A DNA stretch of 64,000 nt, taken from positions 36,937,703-37,001,702 of the forward strand of contig CP154954.1 of the NCBI GenBank assembly GCA_039621445.1. The letters run 5' to 3'. Shown in pieces: positions 13,453 through 25,481 of this stretch. The position numbers were made by a program, and so were the translations under genes. A model generated the notes under the pieces. That model made no database searches. It saw only the letters and a program-made list of their open reading frames with translations, and had not been told where the DNA came from. Within the stretch, counting starts at the first letter, position 1. Each line of letters starts with the position of its first letter. The DNA is from Euglena gracilis (lineage: Eukaryota).

Positions 13453-14382
13453 GTTGATGTGACCCTCCCCCCACAAAAACGGATCCGTAAATCACATTCC
13501 CGTTACGGTTGTGGGAAAAGTGATGAATTGTCATTGCGGGGAACCAATCCCGCGGTTTGCGGGGCTGTTTTCGTTGATTCTGATTTTTGGTGTTTGGTCG
13601 CGACAAGCAACAGATTACGAAATTCAACAAATCCCCCCCCCAAAAAAAGCGCGCTACATTCAAAAAAGAGGGTAATTTGCTCCTTAAAAAGGGATTAAGC
13701 AAAAACCCCAACAACAAAGGGATCCCAACCAATAAAAAAAAGGAGTTTACTCCTTGTGAGAAAGAATCCCTCACGGAAGGCTAGCCTAACAATAAAAAAA
13801 AACCTGAAGCCTAACAACCAGATTTCTTGAATGACGGTTGGTCAAAAAATGGTTCGCAAGGGTTGGAAACGCGAAACCATGCCTAGGCCCCATTGTGGCT
13901 CGGCGTGCAACTTTCGTAGTTGCAACCCGACCCGCCTTGGGTGCCCGCAAAGTGTCATCCTAAGCATGAGTGTCGTGTGGTCTGTTGGGATAAAAACCGC
14001 ATACCTTATTGTGATTGTGAACACGCGACTCACACATACGCGGTACCGTGGCGGCGAAGGAGCGCGGCGTGTGGCGGCGGGCGGCGGCGACACCGCACTG
14101 TTGCTACACACCGTGATCCGCACCGTTGCGCCACTTTTGCGTTGCACCGTTGCACCATCTTCCCCCAGGGGTGCGGTGTGGCCCGTTGGGCTGCCCCCCC
14201 CCCCACCATCACTCGCATGGGGTAAGGCGTGGCCCTTTTGGCTGCCCCCCCCCTCGTTGCTCTTACCAACCGCACACACACTACTTCTTTTTTTTGCAAA
14301 CCAAATTATTTCTTTTGCGCGGACCCCTTCTTTTTTACTCACGTTTTTTGAAATCTCCCCGAGATTTTTCTAAGTGGGGGAG

Positions 14383-14905
14383 TGTAAAGGGGTCCTAACC
14401 TTGGTCCTAACCTAACATTTGGCCAAAATTTGCCTGAGTGGGGCCGAAAGTCACTGAAATACCACTTTTTGGTTTTCAGTCGAATTTAACCTAGGGAAAA
14501 GATTATTATGGTTCGGCTTGAAAGCCTGAACTCAATTTTTGACCTTGCTGGGCCGATTCTTTGAAATTTTCAAGACCGGCCGACCAATTTTCCACAGTAG
14601 CATTTGCAATTTCCCCCCAATTACCCTAAGAAAGTCCCCACTCGAACCCAGCAATTTCAAACCAATCTCACACACAGGGTTCTTAGCCCATACCAATGCA
14701 CTGGACAAGACTACAAAAAAATATCAATTGATTGTGCATGCAAGATACAGAATTTGAAAAAAAATGAATTTCAAGGTGCAGCTGAAAAAGCCCAAGGACA
14801 AAAAAGAAAACATTGAAGATTTTAGCTTCGAAGCCCGGCGGCCGCCTCAACAAAAAGCCGAGGCCGAAGGATCCGCAAAAAACTCGAACCAAGAAAGGGT
14901 TTTCA
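14383..14905 (+). repeat. 3' LTR of element A
   Basis: Preceded by PPT AAGTGGGGGAG; ends ...GGGTTTTCA followed by TSD CCAC. Confidence 0.95.
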
Positions 14906-14909
14906 CCAC

Positions 14910-15572
14910 ATATCAGGGGCATCTCCCCCACAGGCGCCCAGTCACCTGTACACAATTTGGCCAGAAGACGGGGAGATGGAACCAAGGCCAAGGAGGTCAA
15001 AACTACAAGGGCCATGGAGGCCAGTTTCACAAGCAAATCCCCTCAGGAAGGGGAAGAAAAGGTCTGTCGAACCCCCCAATTCATCTGGAACAGCAGCCCC
15101 TCTCAAGGGGGAAGGGGGTGGCCACAGCAGCCCCCCCAGATTTCCAGTGGGGTTGGAGGCCAAGAAGAACTCCAGGCCTGGAAGACCAACAGATGGATTA
15201 TGGAGAAAGGTTTATACATGGAGGCCTTGGAGGCCAGCAGGGTGGACCCACAGTGGCCACCAAGAAGCTAAGGGGCATCATCCCCAACCAGCAGGGTGGA
15301 CCCACAGTGGCCACCAAGAAGCTAAGAATGCTGCTGGAGAAATCCCCCGAGGGACCCACAGAGGCCCTCTGCCAAAAAAGGGGGGAAAAGGGACCCACAG
15401 CGGCCCTTTCAATGGCCCAGCCTCAGGAGGAAAAGGGACCCACAGTGGTCCTTTTGGAGGGAGGGGCAGGAACCCCTCCAGCAATTATTTCTCAATTCCC
15501 GATGGTTCAATCAAGGGGGGGACCCACAGAGGCCCCTATGGTATGTCAACCAACGACAGCAACGTGGAGAAG
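14910..15572 (+). CDS. DIRS ORF1, segment 2 of 3
   Basis: YQGHLPH...PTTATWR with internal GPT repeats; in frame with segments 1 and 3. Confidence 0.75.
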
Positions 15573-15888
15573 TGTGTACCAGGCGTATGCTTCTGTCCCC
15601 TTCCGTTGAGGAAGTTAGGATGGAAGCAGATCCTATTAGGATCTCCTAATGGGTGCCCCTTCTCTCTCCACAGGTGGTATTCTTCTTTATACCTTTTCCT
15701 TCCTTTCCATCGGACCGGACTTGGTTATCCAGTCCGTACTCCCTGCATTGCTCCGTGCTTTGCTTCTTGGGAAGTGGGAAAAGGGTTTTTACTGTTACTC
15801 TGATTTTCAGTTCCCAAGTAGGTGCGCCAAGGCGAAAGCGAAGGCTTTTGGGAATTGGGAAAGGGGAATTGGGAATCAGACGTACACT
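15573..15888 (+). repeat. 5' LTR of element B (TGTGTAC...GTACACT)
   Basis: Appears identical by eye to 31822-32137. Confidence 0.95.
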
Positions 15889-15912
15889 TGGTAGCAGATT
15901 CGGTCACGATCC
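15889..15912 (+). promoter_or_regulatory. Primer-binding site, initiator tRNA-Met-like (second copy at 15959-15980)
   Basis: TGGTAGCAGA... matches the usual iMet PBS start. Confidence 0.8.
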
Positions 15913-16139
15913 TACACATACAGCCCATACAGAAAGAAAGGCTACCAGGTATTACACTTGGTAGCAGATTGGTTCGATCCTACGCTGACTGGCAGCGGAG
16001 GGCCCCTGCACCGTTATTACACGGTCGCAGCGTCAGCTCCCGGCTTCTAGTCAACGTCTAAGCAGACGAGCAGGCTCCGGAAGGTTCTGTACGGTATTAC
16101 CCGTTACAGCCCCTCTGGTGCCAGCACAACTGCTTAGTT

Positions 16140-19100
16140 TTGTGGGTTTTTGCTGCTTTTGTCACCAGAAAGATGCAAATCACAGGCCCCAACCATCAAT
16201 TCAACTATGCCTTATTACAGGCATCATTGCAAGACATTGACCAAGAAACTGGGGATTGGAAGCTTTTATGTGAAAGTGCTTCCAGTTCCCACGCCGATGA
16301 GGCACAATTGATTCAATTGTCACAATTGCAACACTTGTCATCATTGACAGTGGTCGGCGATGAGCCCTCCACATCATTGGCTTCAGAGGCTAATGCGGCC
16401 TCTTCCGCACTCACCTTGCCACAACGGGGGTATTCGCCTCTGTCTGCGGCAATGGTGCAGCTGCACACACCGGAGAGACCCGTGGTGATTCCGCCACCGG
16501 GCTTCTCTGGTGGTGGTGGGCTAGAAACCCCGTGTTTCTTTCAACCCCCACCGGCTCTTCCACCGGCAAGCCCTTACAGAGCTTTGCCACCACCCCCCGA
16601 TATCGGGTGCTATCCCGCACTACCTTGGCAACCAGAGACTCGCCTCGTGGTGCCGGAATTCTCCGGTACATCCCAACCCATGGATGACTATGGGAAGGGC
16701 ACTGGTGAGCTCCTCACTGCTGAGGATGTGCAGGATATTGTTGCTCGGCTTCCAGGGGATCACCCCCTTGTGAGGCAGTTCAACCATGTGCAACAATGCG
16801 TTGCAGAGTGTGCAACCGCATTGAACAAAGTGCTTCAGTTTGATGAGGACAACCAGAAACATGTCTTCACCAAGCTGGAACAGTGCTGGAATTACTTGCA
16901 GGAAGTTGGCAGATATTGCCAGAGAAATTTCGAAAGTGCGGGTATTGACCTTGCAAACTTTCGGGAAACCTTTGACAGAATATGCCAACAGCTCCCGCAA
17001 AACTTTCGGCAAATTAGTGAATGCATGCATGAAGCGGAAACGCGGAATGACTCCAAATTTCTGCACTTGCATGGCTCACTACAACAGTTATCGGGACAAA
17101 TGGAGTCCTGTTCATCCGCGTTGTTGCATTTGCAACAACAGTTGCATGCACGAGATTCCTCGTCTGGAACATCCAGCAGTGGTGGATTTGTGTCTATGGA
17201 CCATTTCACCACATTGTCCGCAACTTTCCATGAATCGCAACACCGCATTATGCAGTTGTGCGACGAAACGGAAAAGTTTCGGCAATTCCAGTCACAAGCC
17301 AACGAGAATTTTGCTCCCCACACGTATGTGCGGCAGTTGGAGGAGCGACTTTCCTGCTTGGAGCAGAAAACCTGCTATTGTGACGCGAATCAGGTTGGAT
17401 TATCCAATCTGAGCGCGAAAGTCGCGGAAATGGCACAACGGCAGGATTCCCTGCAGTTGCAGTTGCAATCCGACATTGGCGGGATTAACTCGGCCATTGC
17501 GGGTTTGCAACAAAGCTATTCCGCACTTTCCCACCGAGTTCCGGACATTAGCGGCATTCAGACTGCTATTGGGGAACTCCAGACCCGGTATGCATCGGTG
17601 TCTACCAAAGTAACGGAAATTCAGTCTCTACCTGCAGGTTCCAGTTCTCGGATTACCGAGAACCCTGATTTCAAGGCATTTTATGACAAAATGCTCACTA
17701 ACAATCAGGAAACCTTGCAAGATTTCTGCAACAGCCTATTACGGCTTGAGGAATCGGTGAATCGGAATTCCGGATCCACGCAAAGTGAGATTACCAGGTT
17801 GGATGAGCGAATTTCCGCGTTGTTGGATAACCCACAACCTGGAAATTTGCCCATGTGTACCACAACCGTGTTGTCGGATAACCCTGCACCGGTTGCACCC
17901 ACCACCACACCAACCAAGGTGGCATCACCTTTGCAGATTCTCTCAGATGCTGTAAAAGCATTAATGGGACAACTCCAGTTATTGGATAAGTCTCACGGGA
18001 AACTTGTCCAAGATGTTACCGGAATTTCCGAAAGGATTCCGCACTTGGATGACTTCTCCCGTTACCGCAAGCGTATTCGCGCTTTGGAGGATGAAGTTGA
18101 CCGTATTTGCGGCCAACTCCAACTCGTTGAGCATTTGGAGCAAAGTGTGCATGACTTGTCTGTGTGTTTGGATAATGGGTCCAACCAACAGCGGGTTTCA
18201 CACCGCAATTCGGCAGTATGCATTGCCGAAGATGCGCCAGATGCTCCAGATTCGCGTTTCCACAACCCGAATCTGGGTGCACATGCACCACCACCACCCG
18301 TGTCCCGAGTGTCACAATCCGCGATTCCGCAAATTGTGCCACCATTGGCCTTGTCCACAACCCAAACCCAGTTTTCGGATGAATCTCCCATTACGGGAAC
18401 CGAATTCGCGGAAAACATGGCGATTCCGCCAAGTCTCCACCAAGAAATCCATCATTCCAGGCTTGTGCGTGGAATGAGCCAAACCCGTACACCGGGTGTG
18501 GGTCACGTGTTGCATGCGCGACATACCCCCACACCGGAGAGTCTCCCTATTACGGGTGACCAACAGGGTTTGCGACCGGATTTCCGGTACCAGGATTCAT
18601 CTTCACCAGAAATTTCGCGATTTCGACAAGAATCCGGAAAGGATACGCTTGGTGCTCGAGCGTACCCGGGCCCGAATCCACGGAATACCACCGAGGGCAA
18701 ACGGGTTTTTCAGAAAGACTTCAAGGGCACCATCGCAATCGCGAATAAGGTGAAACCCCAGTGGGATGGTGCTCCAACCACATGGAGACAGTTTTTCCGG
18801 GACTGGGAGTACTACTGGGCATTGAAAGGGCCAACCCAGGACACAAACCCGGAGGTGATCAAGATGGAATTCATCGATTGCCTCCCTAGGGATGAGAAGG
18901 AGCGTGCGCGACAACTCGTCATTCGCTACCGCGTTTCCTTTGATGACCTGGTGGAGCAATATGCTTCCACCAGTTCAAGTTTGGTCGCTAGGATTACCCT
19001 GGAGACCAAGTGGCGGCAATGCGCCCCACCCGATCGCAAGTGGTAGTCCATTGACCTTTGGTATGCCAAATGGTTAGGACTTGCCGCTGAAGTGGATGAA

Positions 19101-20149
19101 CTCAGTGAAAAGCAAATGCGCGAACAGTTTGACGCTGTTCTCATGCATTTCACGCCTAGCCTCATCAAGGATATCCACCGTGAGGAGTTGGCGGGTAATG
19201 CAATGACTCTTGACCAACGCTGGAATTATGTTTCCAAGCAATTGAAGCTATCACAGCTTCTTGGTCAGATTCAATCCGCGTATACCGCACACCCAACCGC
19301 TGGATTACCGGCTGGTTCGGTGAACGCATTGCAAAAAACACCGGTTTCACCTACTTCACCCATAACGGGATCGAAAACGCCATACCCGCGTTCTTCGGAC
19401 CAAGCCACGGATAAAGTGTGCTTTTTGTGTAACAAATCGGGACATATGTCTCGGGAATGTCCTAACCCTGAAGCGCGAAAGCGTATTCAGAGTCCGCGAG
19501 GCTCGACTTCATCACGAGGTTCGGGTTCCTCCGCGTTTTCACGCCAATCGGGCAATTCACGGTCATCGGGTCCCCGTTCCGGTGGTATTAGCCCCCGGAT
19601 CCCGTTCCGCGATGAGCGGAAACACGGTACCCCTCGGGGTAGGTCACCCGGTGCCCCGGCCAAGAAGCGTGATTCTCATCGCGAGACATCGCGATCGCGT
19701 TCGCGAAGCGGATCATCTTCTTCGCTATCCCCATCGGGAAAACCCCGATACACCGGTCATGTCGACGGGATACCCAGTCACCACGACGGTTTGACGGGAA
19801 ATCGGGAAACCGATCCCCCCGTTACCCAGACTCGCGACACAAATCTCGGTGTTCGCTTTGTGGATCGAGTGATCACCACTCATCCAAATGTCCGCGTTCT
19901 CGTTCTCCCCGCCCTGGCCAACGTCATCGCGGTATGAATCGCGGTGACAAGGGTCACTCCTCCAACCGCCATAAAGTCGGTTTCAAGATATCTTGTTTGG
20001 AGGATGACACCCCGGCTTCGGGCAGGGAGGGGGATGAGACCACGGATACCGATTTCGACGAGGCCCGCATGGCGGTGCGCACGTTGAAATCCGTTTATAC
20101 CTCTAAAAGACCCATAGCCGGCTATTCGGCCGCTTCGGACCTGGAGTAG
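16140..20149 (+). CDS. gag: Very large Gag-like region of element B (coiled-coil N-terminus, two CCHC knuckles; internal TAG at 19044 and a -1 shift near 19740-19850)
   Basis: ORFs 16140-19046 and 19092-19937 share a frame and are separated only by the TAG. Knuckles are CFLCNKSGHMSREC and, in the -1 frame, CSLCGSSDHHSSKC (19850). Confidence 0.8.
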
Positions 20150-21259
20150 GGGAGCCCGAGGTCCGAGGGCACGGACCTCTGGGCTGATGAACAGATGGAG
20201 GTAGGACCTGATCAACCCTGCCCCCCCTGCCCATCTGCCTTTCTGGTCGGTACCCGGAAAATTTTCGGGTCCCCCTCCCCCCACTCCAACTTTCCGCTCG
20301 GAATGTTGTGCAAAGTAGGAAAGGGTTCATGGGAAAGCTGGCAAGAAAACGCATTTTCGCCAGACCCTTCACTTTGCTTACCCCCCATGGAACTTTTGGT
20401 CCAAGCGGAAATCAAAATCCAAAATTTTTGTACAAAAGTCAAAATTCTCATTGACACTGGTTGTCGCATTGCACTACTTTTTCGGTTCGGGTTGATACCA
20501 ACCCCACTCTTGGTGAAAGCCAAGAAGCCGATCAAAATTACGACGGCTGACAACACCCCCATGTGCGGTGGTGACTTGGGATGCTTTTTGGACATAGTCC
20601 TACCCCTCATCCCCAAGCACCACTCACACCCCCCCCAACCGCAAAATTTTCCGGATACCTGGGGATACGAATCCGGAATCCATGGTTCTGACGTAATTAT
20701 GGGATACCCCTTTTTACGTCAGCACCGGCTGGTAGTGGATTGCCACTCCCACGGGTTGCGCACATCACCGTTCTCTTCATTGCCCCCCAAACCTTCATCA
20801 CCTGTGGTGTCAACCGCGATAGCCACCAATTTTTCCACACCGTTTTCGAAAACTTTTACCCCGTTACCAACCACACCAACCAACGTTTTCCACACCGGGT
20901 GTACCGAGAAAGTTTCCCCCCTGCCCATTGACACACCAACTTCCGTCCCCCATGAGGCAGGGCAAGCGAGTAGCGGTACCCCCCTCGTTCCACTGGGTTA
21001 CAAGACGAAAGCCCAAAGGCCTGAAGTACGTACGGTGTCGAGTAGTCGCCCAGCTGCATCAATACCCCGTTTTCCACCAGATGTATCCTTTCAGATACAT
21101 CGGTACACCCCCCAGCAGCTTCAAAAGCGCATCCCAACTTTTACACACACACCCACCAGAACAACATGCGCGACCAGGACCACTACTCCGACACTTCCTT
21201 CCAATGTGTGCACTGTAGGAGAATTTCCGCCCAGCCAGATTTCGATTGTGGATGTCTAG
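20150..21259 (+). CDS. Retropepsin-type aspartic protease plus low-complexity linker
   Basis: KILIDTGC and DVIMGYPFL motifs; in frame with gag across TAG 20147-20149. Confidence 0.85.
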   Translation, partial: GSPRSEGTDLWADEQMEVGPDQPCPPCPSAFLVGTRKIFGSPSPHSNFPLGMLCKVGKGSWESWQENAFSPDPSLCLPPMELLVQAEIKIQNFCTKVKILIDTGCRIALLFRFGLIPTPLLVKAKKPIKITTADNTPMCGGDLGCFLDIVLPLIPKHHSHPPQPQNFPDTWGYESGIHGSDVIMGYPFLRQHRLVVDCHSHGLRTSPFSSLPPKPSSPVVSTAIATNFSTPFSKTFTPLPTTPTNVFHTGCTEKVSPLPIDTPTSVPHEAGQASSGTPLVPLGYKTKAQRPEVRTVSSSRPAASIPRFPPDVSFQIHRYTPQQLQKRIPTFTHTPTRTTCATRTTTPTLPSNVCTVGEFPPSQISIVDV

Positions 21260-21587
21260 TCCAAACACCAACACTAATCCCGATTTCGCGTAACCATACA
21301 CTTGGTTGCGGATCGCAATGTGCGACCGTACATCAAGTGCTCCAACAACGAGGTATTGCCTTGTTGTTTGGGACCGCGAAATCCGTGTCACACACCTCCC
21401 CCACCTCCATCTGGCATGATATGGACTGGGTATGCACCCATCCAACCCATCAACCCTTGGGAATGCCCCTTGGGAGTGTGGATGACACACCCTTGACCTA
21501 TGTTTGCGGATCCCTGAATTGCGTTACCGCTCTTCAACCCGCGAACCAGGTCGACACCTACGCGATGCGCGTATGGAACGCATTTAA

Positions 21588-24500
21588 TTTTGTCAATACC
21601 GTATTTTGGAGGAATGGTTCTCCAAAATCGCGGCTTTGGCTGATTCCTTCGATTTGTCGTTGGAAATTGATGCGTTCTCATCAAAAGCGCATGCGCGCTT
21701 GTCGCGATATTGGTCGCGACATACCAACGCATTTCTTAAATTCTGGGGTGATACGGTGCTATGGATGCACCCTCCCCCAAAACTTATCCCGGATGTGGTG
21801 GAGAAAATCCTCCGCGATGAAGCGCGAGGAGCTCTCCTCATACCGGTCAATCTGAATGCGGATTGGTTTCACCAACTATCCTATGTGTGTTTTCATTGGT
21901 GGGATTTATCCGCTGATGTACCACTATTCGAGGATTTTTGTGGTATATTATTACCACCTGTTAAAGAAATCATTTTTCGCGTTTGTTTCTTTGACGCATT
22001 CGGAATATCCGATTTGCGTGTGCCAAGATACCTTGGTACGGATGTGGATGCCACACCCTCAACGCAGATTTCTGCGGTCATTGAGAGTGCGGACCAACAC
22101 CCCAAGTCTGCTGACTATTGTTCGCGAATTACTCGCGAATTTCATGGTGTACTGGATAATCCAGTTTACGCCTGCGACATCGACCCCGCGATTTGCGGTC
22201 CGTTCGGTGTATGCAAAATCGAGCTCAAGGATGGCGCTAAACCCATGCACCGGAAATTCTTCCGTTGTTCGGGTGAACGCGAACAGGCTCTCAACGAGAT
22301 GATTGAGAAGCTCATCCAGCGGAAGTGGATTATCCCTTCCAAGAGCGAGTGGACATCACAAGCTTTTGTGGTGCCCAAACCTGCTGACCAGTCTGGTCAG
22401 AAGAAGTGGAGACTAGTGCTGGATTACCGGTACTTGAACTCCCAAACGAAGGATGACCCCTTCCCGTTACCGCTGATCGAGGATTTGATCACCAAACAAT
22501 CGGATAATCGGTCGTGGTCAATCTTTGATCTGGAAGACGGCTTCCATCAGATGCATTTGCATCCTGATTCGCAACCGTACACGGCATTCGTGACATCCAA
22601 GGGTGTGTACCAATGGACGGTACTCCCCATGGGTGTTAAGAATGGCCCAGCCATGTTTCAACGCATGATCCAGTGGGTTTTGCGCGATTTACCGTTTGCT
22701 CTGGTGTACATCGATGATGTACTGGTGGGAACCCAACCGCCATCCGCGAAATCGGGCGAGGATATCCTCGACCCGCATTATCGCGATGTGCGCGCGGTAT
22801 TATCCGCGTTCCAAAAGCATGTGCTTTTTGCGAAGGGTTCCAAAATGCACCTGTTTCGCAAAATTATTAAGTTTTGCGGACACATCCTGAGCAACGGGCA
22901 GCGTAAAGCCGCACCCAGTAAGATGGAGGCCATTAAGAAATGGACTCCTGAGGTCATTAAGACCTTAACGCATTTAAAGGGATTTTTGGGATTAGCCCAA
23001 TACTACGCGATTTACATGAAAGATTTCGCGAAAATCGCGGTACCCCTAACCCGACAACTCAAAAATCGGACACCCGATAACGCAAAAGTCATTTGGGATG
23101 ACCAAATGCGCGAGGCCTTGAATAAAATCAAGGACTTGCTCCTCGAGAACGTGGTTCTCGACATCGCGGATCCATACAAACCGTATGTCCTGGAGGTCGA
23201 CAGCAGCGATTACGCTGTTGGCGGGGTTCTTAGCCAGCATAATGCGGCGAATGCACTCCGACCTGTGGCTTTCTTCAGCAGGAAGCTACAGGGCGACAAC
23301 GGGAAAGGACAGGTTAAATGGAGCATTCGCGAAAAGGAGACATATGCCATTGTGCTAATTCTCCAGAAGTTCCGCAGCTGGATAGCCAGCAGCCTGGTCC
23401 AGATACTGGTGTTGACGGATCATGAGAGCCTTCAACACTGGTATACCGAGGACCTGAACAAGGCCATGTCATCAGTTGGCAGAAGATGCCGATGGCATGA
23501 GTTCTTGAGCCAGTTTAACCTGGTGGTAGTTTATACCCCAGGTCATACGCAAAAAGTTGCGGATCCTCTCAGCCGAGCCCCCTGGTATTATCCTGGGAAC
23601 CCGGATGAGGGTGATGCGACTTTTCATGGCAGCCATGAGGCTGACCAGTTCGCACGTCGATCCGACGCTGCGGACAACATGCTCGATTCACTACCCGTTT
23701 CCCGGGTGTATCGCAGCATCGCCATTTCACCATTGCGTGGAAGGCGCCGGCGTGGACGCACTGCCACTGCCACTGCCGGACCCCGTCGCATTACGCGTAC
23801 GGAAACTCCTACCCCCCTATTTTTCCGCGAATGGGATTATTCGCGCGACCCGGTATATAGTACCATTGTGAATAGACTTCGTAATGGTGAATCCATAGAG
23901 AATTACTCTCTATCACCATTGCGGCTTATTTTCCGGAATGATTCTGGTTATAAATATTGTATACCCCAAGACCTGGTTGATGATGTGATTTTGAGCTATC
24001 ACAACCATGGTCACCCTGGGGCCCCCAAACTTCTTTCACTAGTGGGTCGCAGATATTGCACAACCCTGAGTGAAAAAGATTTATATTCGCGCTGTTTGCG
24101 AATTTCGCAACGGTGCCAAATTTGTCAGGCTGTGAAACCGCGCAGAGGTACCCCCCCTGGTACGATGGACTTTTTCCCCGTACCACCTGACATTTTTACG
24201 TCCCTCTGCATGGATTTTCTCGAACTTGAACCTTGCAAAGGATCAGATGACAAAATTTACGATTACGTTTTTGTTGTCGTCTGTCGGCTGAGTGGGTACA
24301 TAGTAGCCATTCCATGCCGGAAAGCAGGGTTGACAGCCCAAATTTTGGCATCCATATTCCTGGAGAAATGCATCTGCTTAATGGGTTTACCGAACGAAAT
24401 CGTGAGTGATCAAGATCACTTGATCTCTTCGCGGTTTTTCACAACTTTGTGCGGTTTACTCGGCATTGAGCAGCATTTTTCCATTATATACCGCCCGAAA

Positions 24501-25286
24501 GGCAATGGTAGAGCCGAGGCAGCCGTGAAATCCGTTGTCAATATGCTTCGCCTTTCACTGGCTGACTCGGGTAAGAATTGGTTATCCGTTCTTCATTGGT
24601 GTTTATTTTACATCAATACCTTGCCAGGGTTGGTATTACCACACTCACCGTACAAAATTGTTTTCGGACGAGACCCTCCGGCCATAGGGGATATCCCCTC
24701 GGAGAGACCCGCCCGAAGTAGCGTCAGCTGTGAAACGTGGTTTGCAGAAGTGGAATCACTCCGCTCTGCAGTCCAATCACGTATCACAGAAATTCATTCC
24801 AACAAACGGAAATCGTTTTTACAGAACTTCAACACACCTGTGTATAGTCCAGGTGACCGCGTGTGGGTACGGAATAACCGCACCCGCATGCAATCTTCCA
24901 AGCTAGATCCTCTTTGGCTCGGCCCATGCGAAATTTTGGAGAGGTTAGGTAGTAGCGGGCGATATAAAGTTGCCTTGCCCAACGGGATTGAGGACGTCCA
25001 TATGGACGACTTCAAACCGTACCTAAGCCCCCCAGACGGAAAAGCTATCCCCTGCCTATATTTCAAGCCCCGTTCCAGATTACCTGAAACGGACGACTTT
25101 GTGGTCGATAAGATAATAGACCACAAGGTCGACAGGGGTGTGCACTACTGGAAAGTTCGCTGGAAAGGGTATGGGCCAGAGGAGGACACTTGGGAGCCAG
25201 CATCCAGTTTTGTTGGATATATCCAGCAGGATTGGAAGCTGTGGAACAAGCGCAATAACATAGACATAAACATAAACACTTTCTGA
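21588..25286 (+). CDS. pol: Pol: Dam-like N6-adenine MTase domain, RT, RNase H, integrase, chromodomain
   Basis: MT: IDAFSS...NAF...LWMHPPP...LLIP...WF. RT: DYRYLN, FDLEDGF, PMG, YIDD (22707). RNase H: VDSS/EKE/TDH/VAD. Integrase: HHCC plus MDF/SDQD/AE and GPC. Chromodomain: [10 protein letters not shown]...[15 protein letters not shown]. Confidence 0.95.
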   Translation, partial: FCQYRILEEWFSKIAALADSFDLSLEIDAFSSKAHARLSRYWSRHTNAFLKFWGDTVLWMHPPPKLIPDVVEKILRDEARGALLIPVNLNADWFHQLSYVCFHWWDLSADVPLFEDFCGILLPPVKEIIFRVCFFDAFGISDLRVPRYLGTDVDATPSTQISAVIESADQHPKSADYCSRITREFHGVLDNPVYACDIDPAICGPFGVCKIELKDGAKPMHRKFFRCSGEREQALNEMIEKLIQRKWIIPSKSEWTSQAFVVPKPADQSGQKKWRLVLDYRYLNSQTKDDPFPLPLIEDLITKQSDNRSWSIFDLEDGFHQMHLHPDSQPYTAFVTSKGVYQWTVLPMGVKNGPAMFQRMIQWVLRDLPFALVYIDDVLVGTQPPSAKSGEDILDPHYRDVRAVLSAFQKHVLFAKGSKMHLFRKIIKFCGHILSNGQRKAAPSKMEAIKKWTPEVIKTLTHLKGFLGLAQYYAIYMKDFAKIAVPLTRQLKNRTPDNAKVIWDDQMREALNKIKDLLLENVVLDIADPYKPYVLEVDSSDYAVGGVLSQHNAANALRPVAFFSRKLQGDNGKGQVKWSIREKETYAIVLILQKFRSWIASSLVQILVLTDHESLQHWYTEDLNKAMSSVGRRCRWHEFLSQFNLVVVYTPGHTQKVADPLSRAPWYYPGNPDEGDATFHGSHEADQFARRSDAADNMLDSLPVSRVYRSIAISPLRGRRRRGRTATATAGPRRITRTETPTPLFFREWDYSRDPVYSTIVNRLRNGESIENYSLSPLRLIFRNDSGYKYCIPQDLVDDVILSYHNHGHPGAPKLLSLVGRRYCTTLSEKDLYSRCLRISQRCQICQAVKPRRGTPPGTMDFFPVPPDIFTSLCMDFLELEPCKGSDDKIYDYVFVVVCRLSGYIVAIPCRKAGLTAQILASIFLEKCICLMGLPNEIVSDQDHLISSRFFTTLCGLLGIEQHFSIIYRPKGNGRAEAAVKSVVNMLRLSLADSGKNWLSVLHWCLFYINTLPGLVLPHSPYKIVFGRDPPAIGDIPSERPARSSVSCETWFAEVESLRSAVQSRITEIHSNKRKSFLQNFNTPVYSPGDRVWVRNNRTRMQSSKLDPLWLGPCEILERLGSSGRYKVALPNGIEDVHMDDFKPYLSPPDGKAIPCLYFKPRSRLPETDDFVVDKIIDHKVDRGVHYWKVRWKGYGPEEDTWEPASSFVGYIQQDWKLWNKRNNIDININTF

Positions 25287-25481
25287 AACGATTTCGTTTT
25301 GGAGAATGCGTGTGTTTTATGTGAATGTTTCGCGTTTATACCCCCCCCTGCACTTCATTATTTCTCTATCTTTCTCGCAGAGTTTTGATTAAGATAGAAG
25401 CCTTCTTTTTTCAGTGCACCAGCACTCAAAGCGACTGACAACAAGGTTATCCTTAGTTGTCGTCGTCGTTCGGGTAGCATC

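Larger units (their letters stand above)
8510..14905 (+). mobile_element. LTR retroelement A, non-autonomous (Gypsy-derived), with decayed C5-MTase
   Basis: TG...CA LTRs at 8510-9020 and 14383-14905, 4-bp TSD CCAC, PBS at 9021, PPT at 14372-14382. No recognisable RT or integrase catalytic core. Confidence 0.93.

Noticed and set aside
20184-20190. CTGATGA hammerhead-like core
   Set aside because: There is no correctly placed GAAA or stem II, and it overlaps the readthrough hairpin.
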